A stretch of 64,000 nt of DNA from Armatimonadota bacterium (GCA_029907315.1 JARYME010000002.1:1581-65580); one strand, 5' to 3'. Counted from the first letter of the stretch, positions 49,041-60,504 are shown. Translations and numbers: made by a program. The notes: generated by a model not told the origin, from the sequence alone.

Positions 49041-51512
49041 TCATCTGGTGACCTCAATACAGGCGTGTCTTTTGGGTAGCAGGGCTGAATCCGGAATCGC
49101 TGTCAGCGTCTGACCGAACCAATCGATAGCTTTGTGTTCGACCGGTTCGCCGTCTAGGAATAGGCTGTATTCGTCCTGGTTAGTTTGCCTGTACTTGACA
49201 TCCAGTTTGGAGCGTAGGTAATAAAAACTCGTTGAGCACTCCGACCAATTTGTCGGCAAACAAGGATCAAAGGCGATACAATCGAACAATGGCTTAATGC
49301 CGAACAGAGCGTCGTAGACGTTTCGGAGCGCAGTCGATATCGAGCCAGTCAAGAATGGGTCCCCTCCGCGTCCTTCGAGTCCAGGCGCAGTCTTCCAGTG
49401 GTTTACGACGGCGTAGGGTGGTGTTTTTGCGCGCTTCACTGGATGGCAAGTTTGATCGTAAGGCAGCATGTATCGCAGCACCTCAAATAGCAGGTCACCG
49501 CGCTTAGCGCACGCCGCCGCTCGTCCGAGAAAGCCGTGACACCCGTGGTTGTAGGGAGTGCCGTTTTCTCCGAGTCCGGGCAGCAAGTCTCCTTGCCCGA
49601 TTCTTCCGAGCTTTTCTATCGGCGGATCTCCGATCGGCGGAGTAAACAGTGGCCAGCCGTCTTGCTGCTTGAGCTCAGCGAGTATCTCGATAACCCTTCG
49701 GCATGACTCGCCGGTCAAGACTCCGCTTATAATGCCCCAAGCATTAACTGGGATGCTGATCCGGCGTCTGCCATCCGGGTCTGACGGCGAAAACACCCAC
49801 TCGCGTTTGTCGGTAAATACGCCGTTGAGGTATCCTTCATCGTTAAGTGCGTGCCTGAGAATACTGGACGTGAGATGTTGTGCTTGGCGACGGAGCTCTT
49901 TTACGAGATCAGTGTGTTCATCGAGCCATTCCAAAAGATAAGCAGCTTGCTTGAGCAAAAGCACTACCTGACACGACAGCATTACCGATTCGCCGCGGCC
50001 CTCCAGTCCCGCACGGTTGATCGAGTCATTCCAGTCTCCCTCGCGTATTTTGCACAGTCCGTGCTCGCCCAAGTTCTTTCTTGCTGTGTAGAATTCGGCG
50101 ATGCGGAGGGCATGGTCCAGAACAGTTTCCTTCTTTGTACTGTCAAGAAACGGAACCTTCAGCTTGAGCAGCTTGAAGTCCTTAGTCCAGCGTAAGTAGT
50201 CGAAGAGGAGCTCCCAAACCCATGCGCCGGCGTCTACATAAAAGCGCAGGTCATGTGTGCCACGGGGTCCCATTATCGAGTATTGTCGAGGAAACCATCC
50301 ATCGTATCGCTGCACGCAGAACAGTTCGCATATGCGTGATCGTGCTTCATCTGGGTTGATCGGTATCAGAGCTGTGGTGTCCTGCGCCGAATCTCTTGTC
50401 CCGCGCATGCCTGTAGGCCAGCCGCGGTCCAGTATGTTTACCCAACGAAGCTGGAGCGGCAGCCACTCGTTTACGTACCGCGAGAACGCTGCGTCGGGCG
50501 AAGCTATTCTCCTTGCTTCTATCGACGCCCGTATAGAGGATGCATATGATTCCCTTGCGTGTTGCCGAGCACTGCTGTCCAAATACCTCCGTAAGCGCTC
50601 GACCTGCGTCCGCGTCGGCTTCTTTCCTTCCGTGAAACCTGCCGTTGTTCCTATCGCCAGGGACAATTCAAATGATTCTCCCGGTTCGAGGCTCAGGGTC
50701 TTGGATATGGCTGCGACACACGGCACCCCTTGACAGGCGTTTTTAGCGGTGCGTTCCCCGAATCGAAACAACTCTCGCGCGGGTACGGTCATGGTAAATT
50801 CTGGATGCTCAAAGGACCCGTTGCCTATGAATCGAGCGTAATCGACCTCTGCGGAATCGGGCTCATTTATGTCTACCAAGACGAAACCGTATTTGCGCTC
50901 TTCGGGTATACCGGCCGGACTCCGGAGTTCCATTTCGAAAAGCGGTCCAATATCATTTGAGTACGCTACTGTTTGGTAAAGGCTTGGAACGTCCCAAGGT
51001 GCAAGCGACGCGGCAGCGAAGTGCGGCCGGATCAGTGGGATGATTTCGATCGTTCGCTTGCGGATGTCGTTGTTTGATACCCTGCACGCGAGTATGACCA
51101 CGGGATCGTTTAGTGCGACGATCAATTCACTGTCTACTGCGAGACCCTCGTGTGCGACGTGATAGGTCGCGCTTGAGATGTCATACTCGCAGTGAAACTC
51201 ACCCGGTTCGCGTGTGGCATCGAAGTTGATTACTGGATTCCAGAAGTTGGTAAACGCTTTGCCGTTTTCCGTGCGGATCCACACCAGTAACGAAGGATGT
51301 TTTTGATACCTTTCCCGCCGAATTAGCACTGTTCCGGTCGGAGGCGTGAATTGAACGTAGTCTGGCCCGCGCTGATCAACTCTTAGAAGGATTTCTCGCG
51401 TGGCATAGATGTAGCCCCACGGTTCCTCCAAATGGTAGCGATTGATGCGGAACCCGCACTCTGAGTCGGTGAAACTGCCTAGTCCGCAGAGGTCAATATC
51501 TGAGAGTTTCAC
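49041..51512 (-). CDS. GH94-like glycoside phosphorylase
   Basis: G.RDSAQD, GDWND, GRGESV, ENG..YNH, TGS. Start placed at GTG 51512 because the longer ORF overlaps flxA. Confidence 0.8.
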   Translation of the reverse strand: MKLSDIDLCGLGSFTDSECGFRINRYHLEEPWGYIYATREILLRVDQRGPDYVQFTPPTGTVLIRRERYQKHPSLLVWIRTENGKAFTNFWNPVINFDATREPGEFHCEYDISSATYHVAHEGLAVDSELIVALNDPVVILACRVSNNDIRKRTIEIIPLIRPHFAAASLAPWDVPSLYQTVAYSNDIGPLFEMELRSPAGIPEERKYGFVLVDINEPDSAEVDYARFIGNGSFEHPEFTMTVPARELFRFGERTAKNACQGVPCVAAISKTLSLEPGESFELSLAIGTTAGFTEGKKPTRTQVERLRRYLDSSARQHARESYASSIRASIEARRIASPDAAFSRYVNEWLPLQLRWVNILDRGWPTGMRGTRDSAQDTTALIPINPDEARSRICELFCVQRYDGWFPRQYSIMGPRGTHDLRFYVDAGAWVWELLFDYLRWTKDFKLLKLKVPFLDSTKKETVLDHALRIAEFYTARKNLGEHGLCKIREGDWNDSINRAGLEGRGESVMLSCQVVLLLKQAAYLLEWLDEHTDLVKELRRQAQHLTSSILRHALNDEGYLNGVFTDKREWVFSPSDPDGRRRISIPVNAWGIISGVLTGESCRRVIEILAELKQQDGWPLFTPPIGDPPIEKLGRIGQGDLLPGLGENGTPYNHGCHGFLGRAAACAKRGDLLFEVLRYMLPYDQTCHPVKRAKTPPYAVVNHWKTAPGLEGRGGDPFLTGSISTALRNVYDALFGIKPLFDCIAFDPCLPTNWSECSTSFYYLRSKLDVKYRQTNQDEYSLFLDGEPVEHKAIDWFGQTLTAIPDSALLPKRHACIEVTR

Positions 51513-51654
51513 AACCGTTTTCTTATATCGGTTCCTTTGGCGTTCCTGCCTCAGATGACGAGAAACTGCTTGCGTAGTATAATATGGATGCTCGCGCTGT
51601 GAATCACGCTGCGCGCACCGCACAAATATTGAACCTCTTAGATGGTGAAAGCAA

Positions 51655-52518
51655 ATGTCACAAAAAGCCGAAGTTGCTGGTGGGGTGCCCACACTTTTGC
51701 GCAACCCATACGAACCACAGCTTGCTACGATCGAGAAAATAATAGATGAGACCTGGGACACCAAGACGTTTCGCGCGGTGTTCATAGATGAGGAATTCCG
51801 AGAGAACTTCACCTACGAACCAGGCCAGTTCCAAATAGTAAGTGTTTTCGGAGTTGGCGAAGCGACATTTTGCCTAACTTCGACGCCGACGCGAAAAGGT
51901 TACGTAGAGTTTTCTGTAAAACGCGTAGGTAGCGTCACAACAGCCCTTCACGAAATGTATGAAGGCCAAATAGTAGGCATCCGAGCGCCGCTGGGTAATC
52001 ATTTCCCTTATGAACAGTGGAAAGGTAAGAATTTGGTCTTTGCAGGCGGCGGAATAGGAATGGCCCCGATGAGGTCCCTTCTAAACTTCTGCTTGGACAA
52101 CCGTTCGGACTATGGTGAGATCATCGTCATATACGGGGCTCGTACCCCGGATGATCTTTGCTACAAATACGAGTTCGACGAGTGGCGCCAAAAAGCGAGG
52201 CTATACCTTACAGTAGACCAAGCCGACGACAATTGGACAGACCACGTTGGGCACGTTCCTGGCTATCTCAAAGAGTTGGCACCGAGTGCAGAAAACGCCG
52301 TCGCTATCACTTGTGGGCCGCCTATAATGATCAAGTACATTCTGCCCGAGTTCAACAATCTCGGATTTTCAGACGAGCAGATCTACACCACGCTTGAAAT
52401 GAAGATGAAGTGCGGCATTGGTAAGTGTGGGCGGTGCAATATAGGAAGCAAACTCGTTTGCGTGGACGGCCCCGTTTTTAGCAACGCGCAGCTGAAGCAG
52501 CTGCCGCCCGAGTTCTGA
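51655..52518 (+). CDS. flxA: FlxA-like FAD/NAD-binding [2Fe-2S] subunit (AsrB/HydG family)
   Basis: PGQF, G.GE, RAPLGN, AGGGIGMAP, YGAR, CGPP.M, MKCGIGKCGRC..VCVDGPVF. Confidence 0.85.
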   Translation: MSQKAEVAGGVPTLLRNPYEPQLATIEKIIDETWDTKTFRAVFIDEEFRENFTYEPGQFQIVSVFGVGEATFCLTSTPTRKGYVEFSVKRVGSVTTALHEMYEGQIVGIRAPLGNHFPYEQWKGKNLVFAGGGIGMAPMRSLLNFCLDNRSDYGEIIVIYGARTPDDLCYKYEFDEWRQKARLYLTVDQADDNWTDHVGHVPGYLKELAPSAENAVAITCGPPIMIKYILPEFNNLGFSDEQIYTTLEMKMKCGIGKCGRCNIGSKLVCVDGPVFSNAQLKQLPPEF

Positions 52519-52676
52519 AATGTGCAGCAAGCTGTAAACAGGTGTCCTGCGCTTGAGTTACCAATCTTTTCGCACAGGGAATCTGGCCAAGATGTGTAGC
52601 GTCTTGATAAATAGCAAGCAGGAACAAAGAGCAAGGGATGCCGATACTCGGCAGCCCTAGGTTTGGGAGTTGGTGC

Positions 52677-53942
52677 ATGAGTAACCTTGAATTGGACCGC
52701 CGTGATTTTCTGAAGGGAGCCGTTGCTGGAGCAGTGCTTTTGCTGTCGGCTGACGTGCTGCAGGCTACTGAGTCTCAGAAGACGGACCAAAAACCGATTC
52801 CCGGTCCGCCTGTCGCAATAGGTGTGATAGGCTTGGGCACTTGGGGAAGACAGCTGGTGACAACTTTGGGCAAAATCCCGTCAGCCAAAGTGGCAGGCCT
52901 CTGCGACATTTACCAGCCGTACCTCGAGCGCGCCCAGAAGTCAGCGCCGGACGCGATGGCGGCAACGGATTACCGCAGGCTTCTTGACTCCAATGATATC
53001 GAAGCCGTTATCGTTGCCACCCCGTCTCATCTTCACAGACAAATAGTGTTGGACGCGATTTCGGCTGGAAAACATGTCTACTGCGAGGCACCTATTGCCG
53101 TAACTGTAGAAGAGGCGCGCGACATAGCCACCGCCGGCAAGAATTCCAAGGGCGTTTTTCAAGTCGGGCTTCAGGGCCGTTCGAATCTACTATACAAGCA
53201 TGTTGAGAAGTTCGTAGTGAGCGGTTGCCTTGGAAAACCCGCGCAGGCATATGCGCAATCGAACAAGCGCCAACAGGGCAGACGAATGGCCCCAGAGCCA
53301 GAGCGTGAAAAAGAGCTGAATTGGCGACTGTATCGAGCGACCTCAGCTGGTCTCATCGGCGAGCAGGGGATTCATGCGATAGACCTGGCGAACTGGTACA
53401 TGCGAGCGGTTCCATTGTCGGCCGTGGGGTTTGGCGCTATTACGTGTTGGGATGATGGGCGAGATGTTCCGGATACCGTTCAGTGCATTATCGAGTATCC
53501 GAACAACGTGCGCATGGTTTATATGGCCACAACTGCCAGCTCATTCAGCTCTGAATACTCATTGTTCCAGGGGAGCCAGTCCAGTCTGCTGCTGCGCGAG
53601 AACAGGGGGTGGATGATCAAAGAAGCGGATTCACCGTTGTTGGGTTGGGAAGTATACGCTCGCAAGGAAACTTGTTTTGACGAAACGGGCATATGTATGA
53701 TTGCCGACGCAACCAAAATCCTTGCAGAGGGCAAGGAGCCTGGGAAGGAAGGAAGCGTTGCACCGGAGAAAGAACCCCTGTACTGCGCGCTCGAAAACTT
53801 TACTCGCAGTATTCGAGAGAACTTGCCACCTGCGTGTGGCGCCGTCGAAGGCTATCAAGCTGCGGTTGCAGCGATAAAGGCTAATGAGGCCGTTCTGAGC
53901 GGCACCAAGGTAACGTTCGACAAGGAATGGTTCACAGTATAA
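52677..53942 (+). CDS. Tat-exported Gfo/Idh/MocA oxidoreductase A
   Basis: DRRDFLK signal; GVIGLG.WG, ATPSHLH, KHVYCEAP, H.ID. Confidence 0.88.
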   Translation: MSNLELDRRDFLKGAVAGAVLLLSADVLQATESQKTDQKPIPGPPVAIGVIGLGTWGRQLVTTLGKIPSAKVAGLCDIYQPYLERAQKSAPDAMAATDYRRLLDSNDIEAVIVATPSHLHRQIVLDAISAGKHVYCEAPIAVTVEEARDIATAGKNSKGVFQVGLQGRSNLLYKHVEKFVVSGCLGKPAQAYAQSNKRQQGRRMAPEPEREKELNWRLYRATSAGLIGEQGIHAIDLANWYMRAVPLSAVGFGAITCWDDGRDVPDTVQCIIEYPNNVRMVYMATTASSFSSEYSLFQGSQSSLLLRENRGWMIKEADSPLLGWEVYARKETCFDETGICMIADATKILAEGKEPGKEGSVAPEKEPLYCALENFTRSIRENLPPACGAVEGYQAAVAAIKANEAVLSGTKVTFDKEWFTV

Positions 53943-54006
53943 TCGCACATTGCGGTGTTTGCATACTATGAACCAACCAATTCCAAATAGCAAAGGGGAG
54001 GACGAA

Positions 54007-55308
54007 TTGAAGCAAGAACGTGACAGCAAGGGCATGTCCCGAAGGGAGTTTATCAAGAAGGCCGGAACAACGGCAGCCGGTGTCGTTGCCGGCAGTATGT
54101 TGGGCAGCAAACTGTTTGCGCAAAGTGCTCCTGCGCCTGGTTCGGTGCTTGGTGCTAACGATAGGATCAACATAGGCTTCATCGGCGTTGGTGGGATGGG
54201 CTCTGGCCACGTAAGCATGGTCAAAAGCCTCTCCGAAGAACAAAATGTTCGTATAGTTGCTGTTTGCGACGTTTGGGAAAAGCGCCGTCGCCAAAACCAG
54301 GCTCGAGCTGAACTCAGGGATGACCAGGTATACAGCGACTACCGCAAGCTTTTGGAGAACAAGGATATCGATCTGGTAGTCATTGCTACGCCCGATCATT
54401 GGCATGCTCCTATTGCCATCGCCGCGATGGAAGCCGGTAAGCACGTTTACGTCGAGAAACCTATGTGCCGGTACATGGACGAAGCCCTGAAGATGTACGA
54501 AACGGCCAAGAGGACGAAGCGCTTGGTTCAAGTTGGTTCACAGGGCTGCACCGACGCCAAGTGGCATAAGGCCGGTGAACTTGTGCGTGCCGGAAAAATC
54601 GGCACTCTCCTTTCGGCACAGGGTAGCTATCGCAGAAACAATCCGAACGGGGAGTGGAACTACCCGATTGATCCAGATTTGACCGAGCAAACCTGCGACT
54701 GGAAAATGTGGCTTGGGAATGCGCCGAAGCGGCCGTTCAGCCCTGAACGGTTCTTCCGTTGGAGGAAGTATTGGGATTACGGCACAGGCATTATCGGTGA
54801 TCTTTGGCCTCACCGGCTGCATCCGCTGATGATAGCGATGAGTATAACCGATTTTCCTTACCGCGTGGCGTGCGTTGGGAAAGACATTTGCCATACGGAC
54901 CAGGGTCACGCGGAACCAAGGGATGTGGCTGACGAGACCCAGATGCTCGCGGAGTTTCCCAGCGGTGCCATAATCTATCTGGCCGGCTCGACGGTCAACG
55001 AACTGGGCTTGGAAGATCTGATTCGCGGCAACAAAGCTACTATGTTCTTCGGCGGTGGCAAAATCCAGATTCGCCCGGAACGACCGTATGCAGACGAAAT
55101 CGAGCCTGAAGACATCACTTACGAAGGCCCCGGCGAAGATCAGCGAGAGCATCATAAGAACCTCTGGTACTGCATCCGCAACAACAAGGAGCCCAACTGC
55201 AACATCGACCTCGGCTTGCGCGTGCAAACCATCGTGTGTATGGCGGAGATTTCCTACCGCAAAAACAAGATGGCTATTTGGGATCCGGTCAAGAAGCGGA
55301 TAGTATAG
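54007..55308 (+). CDS. Tat-exported Gfo/Idh/MocA oxidoreductase B
   Basis: RBS GGAGG before TTG 54007; SRREFIK signal; GANDRI..G.IG.GG.G, ATPDHWH, YVEKP, WRKYWDYG.G..GD. Confidence 0.9.
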   Translation: MKQERDSKGMSRREFIKKAGTTAAGVVAGSMLGSKLFAQSAPAPGSVLGANDRINIGFIGVGGMGSGHVSMVKSLSEEQNVRIVAVCDVWEKRRRQNQARAELRDDQVYSDYRKLLENKDIDLVVIATPDHWHAPIAIAAMEAGKHVYVEKPMCRYMDEALKMYETAKRTKRLVQVGSQGCTDAKWHKAGELVRAGKIGTLLSAQGSYRRNNPNGEWNYPIDPDLTEQTCDWKMWLGNAPKRPFSPERFFRWRKYWDYGTGIIGDLWPHRLHPLMIAMSITDFPYRVACVGKDICHTDQGHAEPRDVADETQMLAEFPSGAIIYLAGSTVNELGLEDLIRGNKATMFFGGGKIQIRPERPYADEIEPEDITYEGPGEDQREHHKNLWYCIRNNKEPNCNIDLGLRVQTIVCMAEISYRKNKMAIWDPVKKRIV

Positions 55309-55348
55309 ACTCCGTCTTTCTGACTTTCTGAGAAGTCGGCAGCTGTCA

Positions 55349-56314
55349 GTGTCTGGTACATTGGATGAGACACTGACAGCTGTTATCCTAACGGGTTCAC
55401 AAAAACGGTTCTTGGTGCTTTACGCGTTGGTTTCCGCAAACGTTGTCAAACTCTCCACTGTTGCAATGGCGTGTCGCTTTGAGCTTGTGCTCGAGGGCGA
55501 TGAACCTATTCGTCTTCGTTCTGCGGGCGAAGAAGCGCTGAGTGAGATTGAGAGGCTGGACGCTCAGCTCAGCCGGTTCAGGCCAGGCAGCGACATTAGT
55601 TGGATTAATGCCCATGCATCTGCGGGTCCGGTAAAAGTTGAGCCGCTGTTGTTCGGACTGCTTGAGTTAGCGTGCAAGCTGTCGAATGCGACTGACCGTG
55701 CCTTTGACATCACTGTCGGTTCGCTAATGAGGCTCTGGGGGTTCGGAGAGAGCAACTACAACGTGCCTAGTGCTCTCGAAATCGCCGAGACTTGTAGGCT
55801 TGTTGGCGTCGAGCACATCATATTGGACAGCCGAACCCATACGGTACGATTTGATTTGCCGGGAGTAGAGATTGATCTCGGAGCGATAGGAAAGGGCTAC
55901 GCGGTAGATCGCGCGGTGGAGCTTTTGCGCTCCGCCGGGATTAGACGCGCGCTGCTACACGGTGGAACAAGCACTGCGTTTGCTTTGGGGGAATGGAAGG
56001 TAGGTATAGCCAAGGCACGCGCTGCGAATGATGATGAGGATGTGGTCGAGTCAATCGTGCTTCGCGATTGTGCTCTTTCAGTTTCTGCACCGCACGGAAG
56101 ATTGTTCGAGTCGGAAGGGCATCGCTACGGGCATGTCATCGACCCCAGGACCGGGATGCCTGTCGCTCATACTGGTTTGGCGGCCGTATGGGGTCCGTCG
56201 GCGACTTACTGTGACGTACTTTCTACGGCCCTTCTGATATTGGGTAACGATTGGATATCGCAAATGAAGTCCAGGTTTCCGGGCTATGACGGATTGACCG
56301 TTCCTCCTGGGTAG
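55349..56314 (+). CDS. apbE: FAD:protein FMN transferase ApbE (start uncertain)
   Basis: AMA.RF, AFDITVG, IDLGAIGKGYAVD, YGHVIDPRTG, D.LSTAL. Confidence 0.9.
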   Translation: MSGTLDETLTAVILTGSQKRFLVLYALVSANVVKLSTVAMACRFELVLEGDEPIRLRSAGEEALSEIERLDAQLSRFRPGSDISWINAHASAGPVKVEPLLFGLLELACKLSNATDRAFDITVGSLMRLWGFGESNYNVPSALEIAETCRLVGVEHIILDSRTHTVRFDLPGVEIDLGAIGKGYAVDRAVELLRSAGIRRALLHGGTSTAFALGEWKVGIAKARAANDDEDVVESIVLRDCALSVSAPHGRLFESEGHRYGHVIDPRTGMPVAHTGLAAVWGPSATYCDVLSTALLILGNDWISQMKSRFPGYDGLTVPPG

Positions 56315-56398
56315 AATTACTATTGACCGGAACGGAATCGTACGATAATCTACAAACAAAGGACAAACCGAGGTCCTTTGGTGGGGGTGGTGTAAAAA

Positions 56399-57136
56399 AT
56401 GAGAAAGGTTGCAGGCGGGGGTTTTACGCTTATAGAGCTGCTTGTCGTGATCGCCATAATAGCAATTTTGGCGGCTATTCTGTTTCCGATATTTGCCACA
56501 GCCAAAGCGACGGCAAACAGGGCGACCTGCACTTCCAACATAGGGCAGCTCAGCAAGGCTATGTTGGCATACGCAACCGACTACCAAGGGCGGATTCCGG
56601 ACTGGGTATCGGTTACGGACAGGAAAATATGGGATGAGGCAATTTACAAGTGGGTGAAGAACACGAAGGTTTTCACTTGTCCTGTCAACCGTCTGGACAG
56701 TACTGGCAAGCCTTGGCCCAGCAACGTTATAGTTCGCTCCTACTGTCTACCGAAGAATGTGGCCAGACAGATTGTCGAGCAAGCACCCAAGCCTTCTGCG
56801 ACAGTTCTACTTTTCGAAAAAGGTTCGCAGCCTCTGTTTACCTATGCGGATTCTACGGGTGAGTGGTTCGATCAAACTTACGGCTACTCACGCGACCCTT
56901 CGCACAAGTTTTGGCATGCCAATGGGAAGAACTTCGCTTTCTGCGACGGCCATGCTGCATATTTCAAGTACCCCGAGGGTCCATTCAGCTACAATTTCCC
57001 GAATTTCACCGCATGGTCAACTCCCGCTTACCCCAACAATCCTGGAGGTAAAGGGTACTGCGGCTATGCCGATACCACGGGTGCGGGCGAACCGTCAGGT
57101 TGCAAGCGTCTCGGGGGTGCCAATCTGCCGAGGTAG
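56399..57136 (+). CDS. Prepilin-type/DUF1559 H-X9-DG protein 3
   Basis: [46 protein letters not shown]. Confidence 0.9.
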   Translation: MRKVAGGGFTLIELLVVIAIIAILAAILFPIFATAKATANRATCTSNIGQLSKAMLAYATDYQGRIPDWVSVTDRKIWDEAIYKWVKNTKVFTCPVNRLDSTGKPWPSNVIVRSYCLPKNVARQIVEQAPKPSATVLLFEKGSQPLFTYADSTGEWFDQTYGYSRDPSHKFWHANGKNFAFCDGHAAYFKYPEGPFSYNFPNFTAWSTPAYPNNPGGKGYCGYADTTGAGEPSGCKRLGGANLPR

Positions 57137-57185
57137 TTTGTGGAGAGCGCAACAGGCTCACTTATTTTCGGAATGCGGCTAAACC

Positions 57186-58436
57186 TTAGGGGCCGACCGT
57201 ACCAGATGTATTGTTGTCTGGCTTTACCAGTGCTCCCAATAGAAGCGCAGACACCAGTGACGTGACGGCCCCGTAATAGAACGGCGCGGGCGGTCCGAAA
57301 TGTTTCCACAGCAAACCCGCAATCACACTCGCGGGTAAAAGTGCTAAGCCTGTGAAAGTGAAATATGCTCCTACTGCTGTTCCTCGCAAGTGGGCAGGTG
57401 CAAGGTCAATAGCAAGTGCTCTCAGCATGCCCTCCGTCAAGCCGTAGTAGACGCCGTACAGCAGGAACAATACCCATACGTTCAGCTGCGAGTTTGCCCT
57501 TGCCATGCCCAGATATACTAAGGCGAAAACAAGCCAGCCGGCGACTACGACAGGTTTTCGCCCAATCTTGTCCGATATTAAACCGCTTCGAAGTGCGACG
57601 AGGGCAGACACGGCGTTGAACACTACGTACACCCATAAGAATGAAACCATTTCCATTTTGATGGGGGCTCCGGTAGCGCGAAGGACCAGAAATGCGTCGC
57701 TCGAGTTCCCGATGGAAAACAACGTAACAATTCCTAGGAACAGTCGGAACCGCCGGTCCAATTCCAATGCACTGATGCGTATCTCAGGTTTGTTTGCTTG
57801 AGATAGGGGTCTCTCCTTCTCGCGGACGAACAGCACCAGCACCAGCCAGCTCAACACTGCCGGCAATGCAGCTGCGGCGAAGATCAGGTTATATAGTGCC
57901 CTGTGTTCTCGACCGGGCTCGACCAAGAACCGCTGCCCGAAGAACGTCAAGACAAGCACCGCAACCACCAATGGCCCAAGCATTGCCCCTGCCGTGTCCA
58001 TAGCTCTGTGCAGTCCGAATGCCCTTCCGCGCTCTGAGTCGGCAGTGGAATCAGCAATAAGCACGTCTCTGGGAGCACTGCGGATACCCTTTCCGAATCT
58101 GTCCGCAAACCGGATCGCCAAGACGTGTCCCCACGAACTCGCAGCTGCAAAGAAAGGCTTGGATATGGCAGACAAACCGTAGCCGATGACAGCCAGGAGT
58201 TTGGGTCTACCGAACTTATCGGCGGCGTACCCGGCCCAGACGCGTAGCAAAGCTGCTGTGCTTTCGGCGATTCCTTCGATAAGGCCTATGATGGGAGTGG
58301 TGGCACCTATAGCGAACTTCAGGAACTGAGGAACAATTGGCACCAGCATCTCGCTGGAAACGTCCTGAAGGAGACTTACTATGCCAAGAATAAAAACCGT
58401 CCTGCTGACTCCAGCGATCTTGCGTTCTTCTTGCAC
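57186..58436 (-). CDS. MFS transporter
   Basis: Multiple TM segments; SLLQDVSSEM, DRFGKGIR.APRD, HRAMDTAGA, NSSDAF, SDKIGRK. Confidence 0.92.
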   Translation of the reverse strand: MQEERKIAGVSRTVFILGIVSLLQDVSSEMLVPIVPQFLKFAIGATTPIIGLIEGIAESTAALLRVWAGYAADKFGRPKLLAVIGYGLSAISKPFFAAASSWGHVLAIRFADRFGKGIRSAPRDVLIADSTADSERGRAFGLHRAMDTAGAMLGPLVVAVLVLTFFGQRFLVEPGREHRALYNLIFAAAALPAVLSWLVLVLFVREKERPLSQANKPEIRISALELDRRFRLFLGIVTLFSIGNSSDAFLVLRATGAPIKMEMVSFLWVYVVFNAVSALVALRSGLISDKIGRKPVVVAGWLVFALVYLGMARANSQLNVWVLFLLYGVYYGLTEGMLRALAIDLAPAHLRGTAVGAYFTFTGLALLPASVIAGLLWKHFGPPAPFYYGAVTSLVSALLLGALVKPDNNTSGTVGP

Positions 58437-58805
58437 CTAGCATGCCTCCTGTGCATTCTTTTGTGCTTGCCGCCCGTTGGTTCTTCTGTTTTGGCCGATG
58501 CCGGTTAATCCGTGCTGGCCGAAACCCGGATTGGACTTGGCCTCCGTCGCTCAAAATTCCTTTACGCTACTGCAAGAGATAATCCTCGCTCTCAGCACGT
58601 TACGAAATTTAATATATCCACCTCTTTTCTGCCGTTACCACAAGTGCGGACAGCTTTGGGATGAGGGGTTGGCTCGTTTTAAACCTAATGCATTCCCTGG
58701 CAGGCAAAAACGGTTCCAAAGCCGCATAGCCTTTGTTGTGCCGTTCAAGGTTCTAGAGAATTTGTTGGTGCCATCTAGAGCGAACACTGCTGGTCGAGGC
58801 TCGCG

Positions 58806-58835
58806 TTGACAGGTCGAGCCTGCGTGTGGTAAACT
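58806..58835 (+). promoter_or_regulatory. Sigma70-type promoter of hpf-fba
   Basis: TTGACA-N18-TAAACT. Confidence 0.55.
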
Positions 58836-58880
58836 CTTCAGGCTCCAGAAAAAAAGTACGCGAAAGGAGTAAATCTCTTC

Positions 58881-60412
<1,532 letters not shown>

Positions 60413-60430
60413 GAGAGCGTAGCGTTTCGG

Positions 60431-60465
60431 TGCGTTCCGCGCGGCAGCCGCGCGGAACGCATTTT
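60431..60465 (+). terminator. GC-rich hairpin after fba
   Basis: Perfect 15-bp inverted repeat TGCGTTCCGCGCGGC-A-GCCGCGCGGAACGCA followed by TTTT. Confidence 0.65.
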
Positions 60466-60504
60466 GCATATTGCATGCTTCGCGGTGAGATGGGATAGTC
60501 CTAG

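Noticed and set aside
51513..51812. N-terminal extension of the 923-aa GH94 ORF overlapping flxA
   Set aside because: The extension is antisense to flxA and covers promoter-like sequence; GTG 51512 gives a normal GH94 length.
40631..52518. Selenocysteine/UGA readthrough in Hdr/Flx subunits
   Set aside because: All expected ligands are encoded as Cys within uninterrupted ORFs.
46422..52518. [NiFe]-hydrogenase or anaerobic sulfite reductase call
   Set aside because: No large or small hydrogenase subunit and no siroheme AsrC in the window; gene content fits Flx.
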